Assembly: GCF_030144855.1 (NCBI RefSeq)
Contig: NC_082731.1
Span: forward strand, 27,838,001 to 27,902,000
DNA: 64,000 nucleotides
Source of the DNA: Hypanus sabinus
Taxonomy: Eukaryota
Direction of reading: 5' to 3'
The translations under genes were made by a program, and so were the position numbers. Shown one piece after another: positions 51,042 through 63,176 of this stretch (position 1 is its first letter; the number at the start of each line of letters is the position of its first letter). The notes under the pieces are model-generated. The model worked only from the letters and a program-made list of their open reading frames with translations, was not told where the DNA came from and searched no databases.

Positions 51042-51904
51042 TGTGATGAGAAAACCAGATGGAGATGGGGTCCAGAGTTGACCCCCCCGGGAACTATGCT
51101 GCTAATGAGAGAGAGAGAGATGAAGAACACAGGTAGAGGCGTCTGCTACAGATAAGAGAGAGAGAGACACATGATTTAGTATTATGGCTTCTTCACTGAT
51201 CGTTTACCTTTTGCTGCAAGGACACTTCTTTGCTCATTAACATTTCTGCTGAGACAGCAGGGAGGGGCCTAGTTTGATGTACATGCACAAGTTGAGTTGA
51301 TGGATGGCTGATACTCCATCAGGGGAGATAAAAGACGGGTCTGCTGAGACACTGCAAGAGTGTTGTGCGCCCACAGGAAGGTGGGGTCCTGGAGGATTGG
51401 TTCAGGGGAATCGGTCTGGAGCTCACGGTGGATGAAGGTAGGCTGGTGGGGACTTGTGTGTGTGTCCACCCTTTCCCGGGTGACAAGTCCACCACTGAAG
51501 AATGGTCTAGCCTGGGACGGAAGGGTCATCACCAGTGACCCCAACGGTACAACGGAACAAGAAGATGACAGAAGGTTTGCCTGCTGCAGCTGCTCATCTC
51601 TTGCTCACTCTCTCTGTCTCCAACATTGCAACACAACAACTACCTCAACCCAAGCTGAACTGAACTGAACTCTGCATATTCTTAGGACTATTCATTTACC
51701 CCTAGACTTTGATAGAGCTTGGTTTTGATTCTTATTCCTACACTTCTGTATTTATCCTTGCTAAACTGTTTTATATGAATATTTGCATTTTTGATACTGT
51801 ATTACTTAGTTTACTAATAAACACCTTTAGTTACAGTACAACCAGACTCCAATGTATCATTCCATTTCTGCTGGTTCAGTAACCCGGTCACAGGGTACAT
51901 CACA
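51042..51904 (+). mobile_element. Solo LTR-like element at the unit 1/unit 2 junction
   Basis: Inverted termini tgtgatg...catcaca; internal AATAAA near 51816; absent from the equivalent unit 2/3 junction (about 58545-58560); TSD not clean. Confidence 0.65.
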
Positions 51905-52771
51905 CCATTGTTTTCTTGGTCTAGAATCTCTTTCTAATAACTGTAACAATTGGTTCACTGTGAGACAGAGAAGCATGCAGATTTCTCAGCAGAGACACAG
52001 CTCAGTATATTCTTTGCTTGGAGACTCAGTGCCATTGATCAGTAACAATGAACACTGTGAATCATTGAGAAACTCTTTTTCCATCTGGGCTGAGCCTGGG
52101 ATTCACTCAGTTTAATAACTTCACATCCCGACATTCCAGTCTTACTGTGGCTGTGCCTCTCCCCATCTCTGCAACCTTCACCGCCAACACAAACTTCAGA
52201 AAACATCGTATTATTTCAACTCTGCTCGCTCATACAGCTTTACTACTTCGCTGGTGCCTGTGGTTTTGGCATTCTTGCTTACAAACACTGAATCCTATGT
52301 CCCTGTTGAAATGAGCAGCCATGAGTATATCGTTCAGTTAGAGACAGATGATCTGGCAAAATGGGTTCAAATCCCAACCAGGCGAATGGGAGTTTAAATT
52401 GAATTCATATATGCTTTCCGGAATGAATAGAAGAAAATGAAAGGATTTTGGGTCTTATTTGTAGCTTCTGAGAAAAAAATATCATTCATCCATATCAGGC
52501 CTGGCTGGTCTGTGACTCCAGACCTGCAGCAATACGGCTGAAACTTAATCATCATCAGGAATGAAGTAACAAGTCCCTCAGTTCTGGAGCGATCAGTGAT
52601 TGATAGGAAATTATAAATGAATAATACAGCTCTTTAATCAAATTTGTGACATCTGTCCTCTGGGTTGGTGTTACTTTTGTGTGATTGCACTCAGTTGAAG
52701 TTACTGAGGTCGTCTCCCAATGCACGATCATCAGTTCACGTACATTGCAGCTCTCTGCATTCAATATGCAC

Positions 52772-54819
52772 CAGTGTTTCCCAGCTGTAGCAGAACCACC
52801 CTAAAAGGGGGTGGTAACATTTCCTAAGGGGACATTTAGGAAAATAAAAGTCATCAGGTGGAGTTCAAGATTCTTTCAGGCGCCGGGAAGCTAACTAAGG
52901 CACGAGAACTGACAGACCATTATTAGAGCAGGAAATAAAAAAAAAATATGAGGGACTGGAACATTGGGAAAACCATAGCTCTTCAGGCTGTGAGCACTCG
53001 TCGTCACAATGCGTTTGAAACTCAGCGATCTCATCTTCCCCACCAACCAACCAAACATTATTGGGGATGCATAAATTAGCAACCAAGGTGTCCAACAGTT
53101 CCCCCTGACTTGCAGTAAGGAACAAGTTCATGCTATTTAGCAGTTCAACTTCACACTCTCAAATTTGTCTACAGATGTACAGAAAACAGGTTGAGCAATG
53201 ATATAGCACTGGCTGGAACCAAATGGTGAAATAGAGTCAAACACTGAACCTGTCGACCCCGAATAGCATATGTAAATTTATCAGAAATGGAAAAGTGTAA
53301 TGTGATTCTCTTTTGTAAAAAGCTAAAAACAAATTCAATGAAGAATCAATCTACTATGAGCTCAAAATGTACATTAAGGATAAAAGTATTCTGATTGGCA
53401 ACATGATTTTTGTGCAACAGATGGAGCACCATATATGATGAGTCACCATGCTGGTTTAGAGGGGAAAAAAATTCCAAGTCTGTTTGCAATCCATTGTGCA
53501 ATTCATGTCAACATCTCACAGCCAAACAACTTCAGCCAGTGACATTTTACAAGCATGACTCTTGGTAATATCTGCTATCAACAAACTTAAAGCTCATCCA
53601 TTAAAATATCAGAATATTTTGCCAGTTAAGTGAAGAAGTGGTCAAGAATTTGAACACTTGGTTCTTCACAATGAGTTGCATTGGCTGTCAAAAGGCTACT
53701 GCTGAAAAATTTTCTTTGAGCTTTTTGACACTGTGATTGAATTTTTGCTCAAATTCGACAACAGCTTGGAAAGAAAATTGAACTTCTCCATGGAGATGTT
53801 GCATACCTAGCTGATCTGAATGAAAAAATGAACATTCTAAATATGAAACTACAAGGTGAGAATTTCAACTCACTGCAAAAAGTGCAGTGTACACTTTTAT
53901 TGGCAAATTGGAACTATATAACCAAAACATTGGGATTCGGCCCGAAACGTCGACTGTACATCTTCCTATTGATGCTGCATGGCCTGCTGCATTCCACCAG
54001 CATTTTGTGTGTTTTGCTTGAATTTCCAGCATCTGAAGATTTCCTCGTGTTTGCGAGAAGAATATTCTCAGTTTCCCTGCATGAAAAGTATGGCACTGTC
54101 TTTCACAGATGGTGATTTGCAGGAGTTCTGCTTACACCTGCAGTCACTGAAGAAACATTTTCAGACTTGATTCGAGGATTTGAGTGATCCATAAATTCTG
54201 GACTGGGTTATTAACCCATTTATTTGCAAGGTAGAAGAACAGGAAGAGAGTTTGCAAGAAGGAACTATCAAACTCCAGAATGATGAAGAGGCAAAAATGC
54301 TTTTCAAATCTGTTGGATTTTGTGGTATGTGGCTCCACGGTCATAAGGAGTTTCTTGGTCTTTGGAGAAGAGCCAAACTGCATTGCATTACAGTTCCATC
54401 CACCTACCTTGCTGAAAGAGGCTTCAGTGCAGTGAAACACATACTCAGAAAAACAGAAACCACTTGAACATTGTTACATGTGGGTGCCTAAGGTTTTTGC
54501 TATCACACCTCGAACTAGATATTTCAACTCTTGCTAAAAGCCATCAAGCTCAAGGATCACATTGATATTGAAGCTGCTGTATGGCACACAGGTCTGTGTA
54601 AGCTAGGATTCAAGACAAATAAAAATTTAAAGCAGAATATTTTTTCTCATGTTATCACATGGTATGAATATTTTTGCCCTATGGGAGTGCCAGAAAGGAT
54701 ATTGTGCTTAAGAGGAGCATTGGCAAGTATGAAGGTGTTTTAGAGAGGCATTGGTAAGTATGAATGTCCTTTGGGGGGGGGGGGGGTGCAGTGCACTAAA
54801 AAGAGGTTGGGAGACTCTG
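52772..54819 (+). mobile_element. hAT (Charlie-like) DNA transposon, defective, unit 2
   Basis: TIR cagtgtttccc / gggagactctg; degenerate 8-bp TSD atatgcac / gtatacac; transposase remnants EFEHLVLHNELHWLSKG and VPSTYLAERGFSAV. Confidence 0.88.
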
Positions 54820-57800
54820 GTATACACCATTTACACACTCAGTCACTTTCAGGCACATGGGGTGTTTTCCTCTTTGACATTTATTGTGGAGTCTGATTGT
54901 GTTTCTGTCACGGTTGAGGCCTTCAATGAGACAGTGTCTGTCTGAGCAAAGAGCAGATGTAACACACATGGTTTCAGTCTGACTGGGACCCATCATCTGA
55001 CAAATTATGATGTGTATTTCTCAACATTTCTCTTTTCAGAAAGATTATAAACTATTTTTTTTGAAAGTAGAAAGTCCATAGGTGTAGACCAGATGATCAT
55101 TGTTTTCATGTAATATCACAAATATTGAATCCTAGGTGTACACTGAAGGGTCACTGAATTGTGAATCTCAGTTTAATCAGCCCTGTGATGTTGTTAAACG
55201 TGCTTTCTGCAGGTTTCTCAGTTTGGTCCCATATCAGCCTGGTCTTGATGTTCAGCAGTCCCTGGGAAATGTGATCCTCTTGTAAAACCTGACAGTGTCA
55301 ATATCGCTCAACTTTTTGCTGAATGCTAGTGTTATTTCACAAGAAGCATATAATTCTATCAATGTTTGGGTAATTCTAACCAATCATTCTCCTTTCTGAC
55401 TTTCTTTGGATCACTGAATTTCCCTCTTGGACTGAATTCAGTGTCTGGAACGTGGATCAATTTAACTTTAGCAATTTATCTGATCCAGCATTTACACACA
55501 AAGCATATCAGATTGGAGAGACTGGTTAGACCCCTGTGTCTTGTCTCAACAACTTGTCTTGTGCCCAACATTGTCAATGAGTCTGCCATCCTTTGACTGA
55601 GTCAATTTGGAATTTCAGCCCCGTTCACCTTCATCACCTCGTGCCTCACAGCCACTGGGTGAAAAACAGGTTCCAGTTCTTGCTGACTGGAGTCAGACAG
55701 GAGAGAATCTGGCCAAGGAAACTGGAATTGGGATCTGAGTCACACTGAAGCAACAATCTACACAAATGAATGAGTGTATGGACAACCAGAAACACAAGAG
55801 ATTCTACAGATGCTGAAATCTTGAACACGTACAAAACGCTGAAGGAACTTGGCAAGTCAGGCAGCAACTTTGGAGGGGAATAAACAGTCGATCTTTCAGA
55901 CTGGTACTTAATTGGTACTGGAATGGAAGTGGGCAGAAGCCAGAATAGGAAGGTGGGTGGAGACGAGAGGAACATGTACATGGAGCCTCAAAAGATAGAG
56001 TGCTCTGGGTAACCCTAGGTTCGGCACAGTTTTGTGAGCCAAAGGGTCTGTATTGTGCTGTCGGTTTTCTCTGTTTCGATGGATACATTCTGTCAGATGA
56101 GAGTTGAGACCAGGTGAGGGGAAAGGGTGTGGATGGGGGAAGGTGTATGAATTAAGAAGCTGCTAGGGGATGTGGAAGGGATAAATGGCTGAACCAGAAG
56201 GAATCTGATTGGACAGTGGACCGTGGATGTCAGTGTAGGAGAAGGGGAACAAAATGGAGATGATGGGCAGGTGAGAAGAAGTGAAGGGATGAGGGGATTA
56301 AAAAAGAAAAAAATAAAGGAGGGGCATTTGGGTGAAATTACAGGGAGTTGTAGCAAACAGTACTCATGACATCAGACTGGCAGATATCTGGACAGAAAAT
56401 GAGGTGTTGCTGCTCCAACCTGACTTTGGCCTCACCATGGCAGTAGAGGAGGCCATGGACAGATGTCAGAATGGAAATGGGAAGTCAAATTGCAATAGGT
56501 GGCCACAAAGATAATAGAAAGTCAACTTGAAATGTAGAGGGGGGAGATAGTTAGTTTGAATCACACGTTTTCTTTTCTCTCAATTAAACCCATCCAAATG
56601 GATACCAGAGACAGGTCTGGAATCCAGTAAATGGATTGTAATAAAATTCAATGACAAATTGTACACATAGCCAATTACTTTACTTTATTTCACACTTTCC
56701 TGCTGAACAATGATACTGTCTGGTTGAACCATCTGAGAATGTTGCATTGAAATTAGTCATGAAAAAGAGCATTGGCACAGACTTCGATAAACAGCGGGGA
56801 CATTTTCCACCTGGAAATAGAAGATTCATAGACTTAAGCTTGGATGTAAGGGAGCCCCATGTATTCCCACTCTACCCTCTGTAGATTACATCCTATCGTG
56901 ATGAGGTTGTGTCAGCCATACATGTGCTCTTTGAACCTGGTCGAGGATCACAATATTCACTCAAGGACTGGGCATCAATTCAAAAATAATCCAGGCACCT
57001 ACATTTCAGTGAGTGGACAATCAACAGGAGATTCTCTCAGGAAACATTGGAAACAGACCCTGGAGACTGAAGCGAATACAAAATTGCAGAGATATTATTT
57101 GAGGACCTAACCCTGATGAGAGAGAGAAAATGGAACAGGGAGATATTCTCCAGATGGTAAATCATGGGATGCGAGCTTTGCTCACTAACTTAATTTCATT
57201 ATAACTACATACAGAGACAGAATGGACGGGTGACCTAATCTTACACCTTTCCTGCCTAATAGTTGGGGTTTAAGCTGCTGGTCATATGAGTTGATTCAAA
57301 GTGTAAAGATCATCTGCACGTCAGTCAACAAGATTGACAGTACGGAAAGGAATTGTGTGGGAGTTAAGTAGTCTCAAACTGTTAGTAAATTAGACTAACT
57401 TCTTCAGACATCACTCTCCCTCTTGATATGCCACGTTGACTTTGCTGTAAAATAGGAATGTGCTTTTTGGTCCATTCCTGCACAGGCACTGTCAGGCAAG
57501 TAATTGTTTCACATCCACCATCATGATAATGTCTTAAGGGGATCCTTAGATTCCTGTAAATAATGGTTAATGTTGAGTGTGTATTCTGGTTTGAGAATGG
57601 CTGCAGCGTGTTTGAGCAGCTGCTCTTTGGAGTGAGATAAGGATTAAAAGCTCACAAATCCCACAAAAGAATGTCTCCTGATTTTTCACAACTTTTGGTT
57701 TTGACAAAAGGCGGTTGCTGATGGAGATTAGATGGGGCATTCCTTTCTTAATTAAAGCATAAATGTTGGTGGATGGTCTTATCTTTGTAGTTAAGTTTTG

Positions 57801-58204
57801 GCTCCAACAAACCAGGTACAGCACTCCTTTCTTAATTAAAGTGGCTGGAGTGTCTATCAATCTGGTTGTCCTTTTATCTCAATAAACCATTTACTTGACT
57901 GGAATATCCATTTTGTTTGAGGTGACCAAGTGGTCTTTGTCTTGGTCTACCACTGTTGCTGGAAATGTGACTGTGGGAGATAGCTAGAAATTATTTTCTG
58001 CATACTTGACAAAGATGGTATAAAAACTGTATCTCTGTGCTTCTGTGGCTGACTGTGAGAGTGCAGAAGGAGGGTTCTCTCTTGTAGCTTGCTACTAATA
58101 AAGGTGGAAAAGAACCAACTGTGGTGCTTGTTTCATTACATGGGGTTGATCACCGTTAACAATCTGATCTGAGTGAAAGGGAGAATGGTGTCTTCTTGGG
58201 CAGA

Positions 58205-58547
58205 TCCATTGTGGAAGACATGTGGATTGACAAGACCTCTATTGTGAAGTGTACAGTCATCTGTACTGATCCAGAAGATATCCACATCTCTTGGCATGTG
58301 GGTGGGATGAGAAAACTAAAGGACCTGTCACCCATTAACTGGACAGGGACGGCTCCCGATACAAAGTGCTCAGTTGACTACAGACTAGCGTGGAGGAGTG
58401 CTTCACTGTGGTGGAGTTCGAGTGTTCTCCTCAGAAATCTCCCTCATCATCCCAAGTGTCACCACCGTCCAATACTACAAGTTGTGAAAGAGACCAGTGA
58501 TTAAGTGGCCAGCATTAGTTACCTGAGTCAAAATGTTTGACATTTCC
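58205..58547 (+). pseudogene. Inverted 5'-truncated C3 pseudo-exon plus intron (unit 2)
   Basis: SIVEDMWIDKTSIVKCTVICTDPEDIHISWHVGG, then a 1-nt frameshift; shares the cat-TAA stop and the GT-to-TT donor change with the 50686 copy. Confidence 0.9.
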
Positions 58548-60689
58548 TTTATGTTCCTGGTCTAGAATCCCTGTCTAATAACTGTACCAGTTGGTTCACT
58601 GTGAGACAGAGAAGCATGCAGATTTCTCAGCAGAGACACAGCTCAGTATATTTTTTGCTTGGAGACTCAGTGCCATTGATCAGTAACAATGAACACTGTG
58701 AATCAATGAGAATCCCTTTCTCCATCTGGGCTGAGCCTGGGATTCACTCAGTTTAATAACTTCACATCCCCACATTTCAGTTTTACTGTGGTTGTGCCTC
58801 TCCCCATCTCTGCAACCTTCACCACCCACACAAACTTCAGAAAACATCATATTCTTTCAACACTGCTCACTCATACACCTCCATGGGTTTAAATTGAATT
58901 CATATATCCTTTCTAGAATGAAAAGAAGAAAATGGAAGGATTTGGACTGTTATTTGTAGCTTCTGGGAAAAAAATCATTCATCCACATCAGGCCTGGCTG
59001 GTCTGCGACTCCAGACCTGCAGCAATACGGTTGAAACTTAATCATCATCAGGAATGAAGTAACAAGTCCCTCAGTTCTAGAGCAATCAGTGATTGATAGG
59101 AAATTATAAATGAATAAAACAGCTCTTTGATCAACTTTTGTGGCACCTGTCCTCTGGGTTGGTGTTACTTTTGTGTGATTGCACTCAGGTGAAGTTGTTG
59201 AGGCCGTTGTCCAATGCACGATCATCAGTTCACGTACATTGCTGCTCTCTGCACTTAGTGTGCACCAGTGATACCCAGCTGCAGCAGAACTACCCCAAAA
59301 GGGGGTGGTAACAAGTAGGGGGGCATTTAGGAAAATAGAAGTCATCAGGTGGAGTTCTTTGAGGCGCCGATAAGCTCACTAAGGCACAAGAACTGACTGA
59401 CCATTAGTAGAGCAGGATATTCAAAAAAAAAAGAGGCACTTGTAACACAAGAAAAACCATCGCTCTTCAGGCCGTGAGCACTCACTGTCACAACACGTTT
59501 GAAACGCAGCAATCTCATCTTCCCCACCAACAACAGACATTATTGGGGATGCATAAATTAGCAACCAAAGTGCCCAACAGTTCCCTCTGACTTGCAGTAT
59601 GGAACAAGTTCATGCTATTTAACAGTTCAACTACACACTCTCAAATTTGTCTACAGATGTACGGAAAACAGGTAGCTCAACGATACAGCACTGGCCAGAA
59701 CCAAATGGTAAAACAGAGTCAAACACTGAACCTGTTGACCCTGAATAGGATATGTACAATTTATCAAAAATGGAAAAGATTATCGAGATTTTCTTTTTTA
59801 CAAAGCAACGAACAAATTCAATGAAGAATCAATCTACTATGAGCTCAAAATCAAGGATAAAAGTATTCTGATTGGGAACATGATTTTTGTGCAACAAATG
59901 GATCACCATATATGATGGGTCACCATGCTGATTTAGTAGGGAAAAAAAATTCCAAGCCTGTTTGCAATCCATTGTGCAATTCATGTCAACATCTCACGGC
60001 CAAACAACTTCAGCCAGTGACATTTTACAAGCATGACTCTTGGCAATATCTGCTATCAACAAACTTAATGCTCATCCATTAAGATATCAGAATGTTTTGC
60101 CAGTTAAGTCAAGAAGTGGTGAAGTATTTGAACACTTGCTTCTTTACACTGAGGTTTGTTAGCTGTCAAAAGGCTACTGCTGAAAATTTTTCCTTGAGCT
60201 TTTTGACACTCTGGTTGAATTTTTGCTCAAATTCGACAACAGCTTGGAAACAAGATTGAACTTCTACATGGAGATCTAGTTGATCTGTATGACAAAATGA
60301 ACATTCTAAATATGAAACTACAAGGTGAGAATTTCAACTTACTGCAAAAAGTGCAGTGTCCACTTTTATTGGCAAATTGAAACTACATAACCAAATCATT
60401 GGGACTCGGCCCGAAACGTCAACTGCACATCTTCCTATAGATGCTGCCTGGCCTGCTGCGTTTCACCAGCATTTTTTGTGTGTTGCTTGAATTTCTAGCA
60501 TCGACAGATTTCCTCCTGTTTGCGAGAAGAATGTCCTCACAGTTTCCCTGAATATTAAGGATGGCACTGTCTTTCACAGATGGTGATTTGCAGGAGTTCT
60601 GCTTACACCTGCAGTCACTGAAGGAACATTTTCAGTCTTGATTGGAGGACTTGAATGATCCAGAAATTCTGGACTGGGTTATTAACCCA

Positions 60690-62593
60690 TGTGGCGACCC
60701 ATTTCCTGGCACATCCGAACCGGCTCACAATTAGCCAGCGTTCCGGCTAAGGGAGATAGCCTACGGGGGTTTGTGAGTACGTGTCTTTTGGAGCATCTGC
60801 GCCCAACGGGGGGCAGGTTGAGGGAGGCTTAAAAGCAAGGCTGTGTAGTGCGAATAAAGTTTTCTTTGACTGCAGTTTACCGACTCTGTGTCGGTATTTT
60901 AGCGCTGCGTGTAGCACACCGCTACAATTGGTGACCCCGACGGTCCAAACGATCTTTGGACCAGAGATGACCGACGCCACCTCTGTTCATGCGGTTTCGT
61001 TGAAACTGCCTGGTTTCTGGATGCCGTGACCACACCTGTGGTTCCAGCAAGCAGAAGCCCAATTCCACGTTCGGCAGATAACCTTGGAGGACAACCGTTA
61101 GTACTACGTGATGAGCTCCCTCGACTAGGACACTGCGGCCCAGTTCGTGGAGTTCGTACAGTCGCCCCCGGCGGACGACAAGTACATGGAATTCAAAGCC
61201 CTGCTCATAAGGACATTCGGACTCTCACAGCGTGAGCAGGCTGCCTGTTTACTGCACCTGGATGGCTTGGGAGACAGACCTCCATTGGCTTTAATGAATG
61301 AGATGTTGTCCCTGCCTCATGTTTGAGCAGGCATTCCTAGAGCAGCTGCCCGAGGACATACGCCTGCTGCTGTCCGACGCAGATTTCAGTGACCCCCGGA
61401 AGGTGGCAGCCCGGGCGGACTTGCTGTGGAACGCCAAGAAGGTGAGTGGGGCGTCCATCGCACAGATCACCCGGCCACGCTCCCAGCAGCAAACCAGTCC
61501 AGGCCCGGCCACAGAACCCGCTAACCCCAGGGGCAGGGGTGCGGAGCCCAATGAACAATGGTGCTTCTATCACCAGCGGTGGGGCGCGGAAGCCCGCCGT
61601 TGTCACCCGCCCTGCGAGTTCCCGGGAAACGCCAGGGCCAGCCGCCGCTGATGGCTACGGCGGCTGGCCATTGGGATAGCCTCCTGTATGTGTGCGACAA
61701 GCGGTCAGGACGCCGCTTTTTGGTCAACACTAGTGCTGAGATGAGCGTCTTACCTCCAACGAGTTATGACACCCGCAACAGAGCACCGGGTCCCCCCTCA
61801 GGGCCATGAACGGCAGCACAGTAAGGACCTATGGCACCCGTCAGGTGCAGCTACAGTTCGGCTCCAGCCAGTTCACGTGGGACTTCACACTGGCCGCCAT
61901 AGCCCAACCGCTTCTGGGTGCGGATTTTTGTGGGCTCACAGCCTACTGGTCGACCTGCCCAGGAAGAGACTGGTCCACGCCGAGACTTTTCAGACGTTCT
62001 CCCTGGGTGCAGCCCAGTTGCCAGCCCCTCACCTCGGCTCCATCATGCTGTCCGACAATGACTTCACCAGGGTCCTGGCAGATTTTCCTTCGGTTCTGGC
62101 ACTGCAGTTCACAGCGGCCATGCCCCGACTCGGCGTACAGCACCACATCCCGACCCAGGTACCACCCCTCCACGCCCGTGCCCGGACAAGCTCTGACTGG
62201 CAAAGGAGGAGTTCAAGAGGATGGAGGAATTGGGGATCATCCAGAGGTCCGACAGCCCATGGGCCTCCCCCCTGCACATGGTGCCCAAAGCGACAGGGGG
62301 CTGGAGACTGTGCGGCGACTACCGCAGGCTGAACGAGGCCACAACCCCGGACCGCTACCCTGTGCTGCACATTCAGGACTTTGCAGCAAGCTCACAATTA
62401 GCCAGTGTTCCGGCTGAGGGAGATAGCCTACGGGGGTTTGTGAGTACGTGTCTTTTGGAGCATCTGTGCCCCACGGGGGGCAGGTTGAGGGATGCTTAAA
62501 AGCAAGGCTGTGTAGTTCGAATAAAGTTTTCTTTGACTACAGTTTACCGACTCTGTGTCGTTATTTTAGCGCTGCGTGTAGCACACTGCTACA
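60690..62593 (+). mobile_element. Internally deleted Gypsy LTR retrotransposon
   Basis: 5' LTR 60690-60926 (tgtgg...ctaca); PBS tggtgaccccgac (tRNA-Trp type); gag (SLKLPGFW; WCFYHQRWGAEARRCHPPC), protease region, RT start ([12 protein letters not shown]...LCGDYRRLN); partial 3' LTR 62390-62593; TSD ccca. Confidence 0.92.
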
Positions 62594-63096
62594 CCCATTT
62601 CTTTGCAAGGTAGCAGAACAAGAAGAGAGTTTGCAAGAAGGAACTATCAAACTCCAGAATGATGAAGAGGCAAAAATGCTTTTCAAAACTGTTGGTTTTT
62701 GTGGTATGTGGCTACACTGTCATAAGAAGTTTCTTGGGCTTTGGAGAAGAGCCAAACTGCTTTGTGTTACAGTCCCATCCACCTACCTTGCTGAAAGAGG
62801 CTTCAGTGCAGTGAACCACATACTCAGTAAAACAGAAACCGCTTGGACATTGTTACATGTGGGAGCTTAAGGTTTTTGCTATCACACCTCGAACTAGATA
62901 TTTCAACTCTTGCTAAAAGCCATCAAGCTCAAGGATCACATTGATATTGAAGCTGCTGTATGGCACACAGGTACTGTGTAAGCTAGGATTCAAGACAAAT
63001 AAAAATTAAAGCAGAAGATTTTTTTTATCATGTTAACACATGGTGGACATATTTTTACCCTATGGGGGTGCCAGAAAGTACATTGTGTTTAACAGG

Positions 63097-63176
63097 GGCA
63101 TTGGCAAGTATGAAGGTGTTTTAGAGAGGCATTGGCAAGTATGAAGGTGTTTTAGAGAGGCATTGGCAAGTATGAA
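63097..63176. repeat. 31-bp tandem repeat (about 2.6 copies) inside the hAT right end
   Basis: ggcattggcaagtatgaaggtgttttagaga starts at 63097, 63128 and 63159; about 1.6 copies in the unit 2 element (about 54717-54765). Confidence 0.9.
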
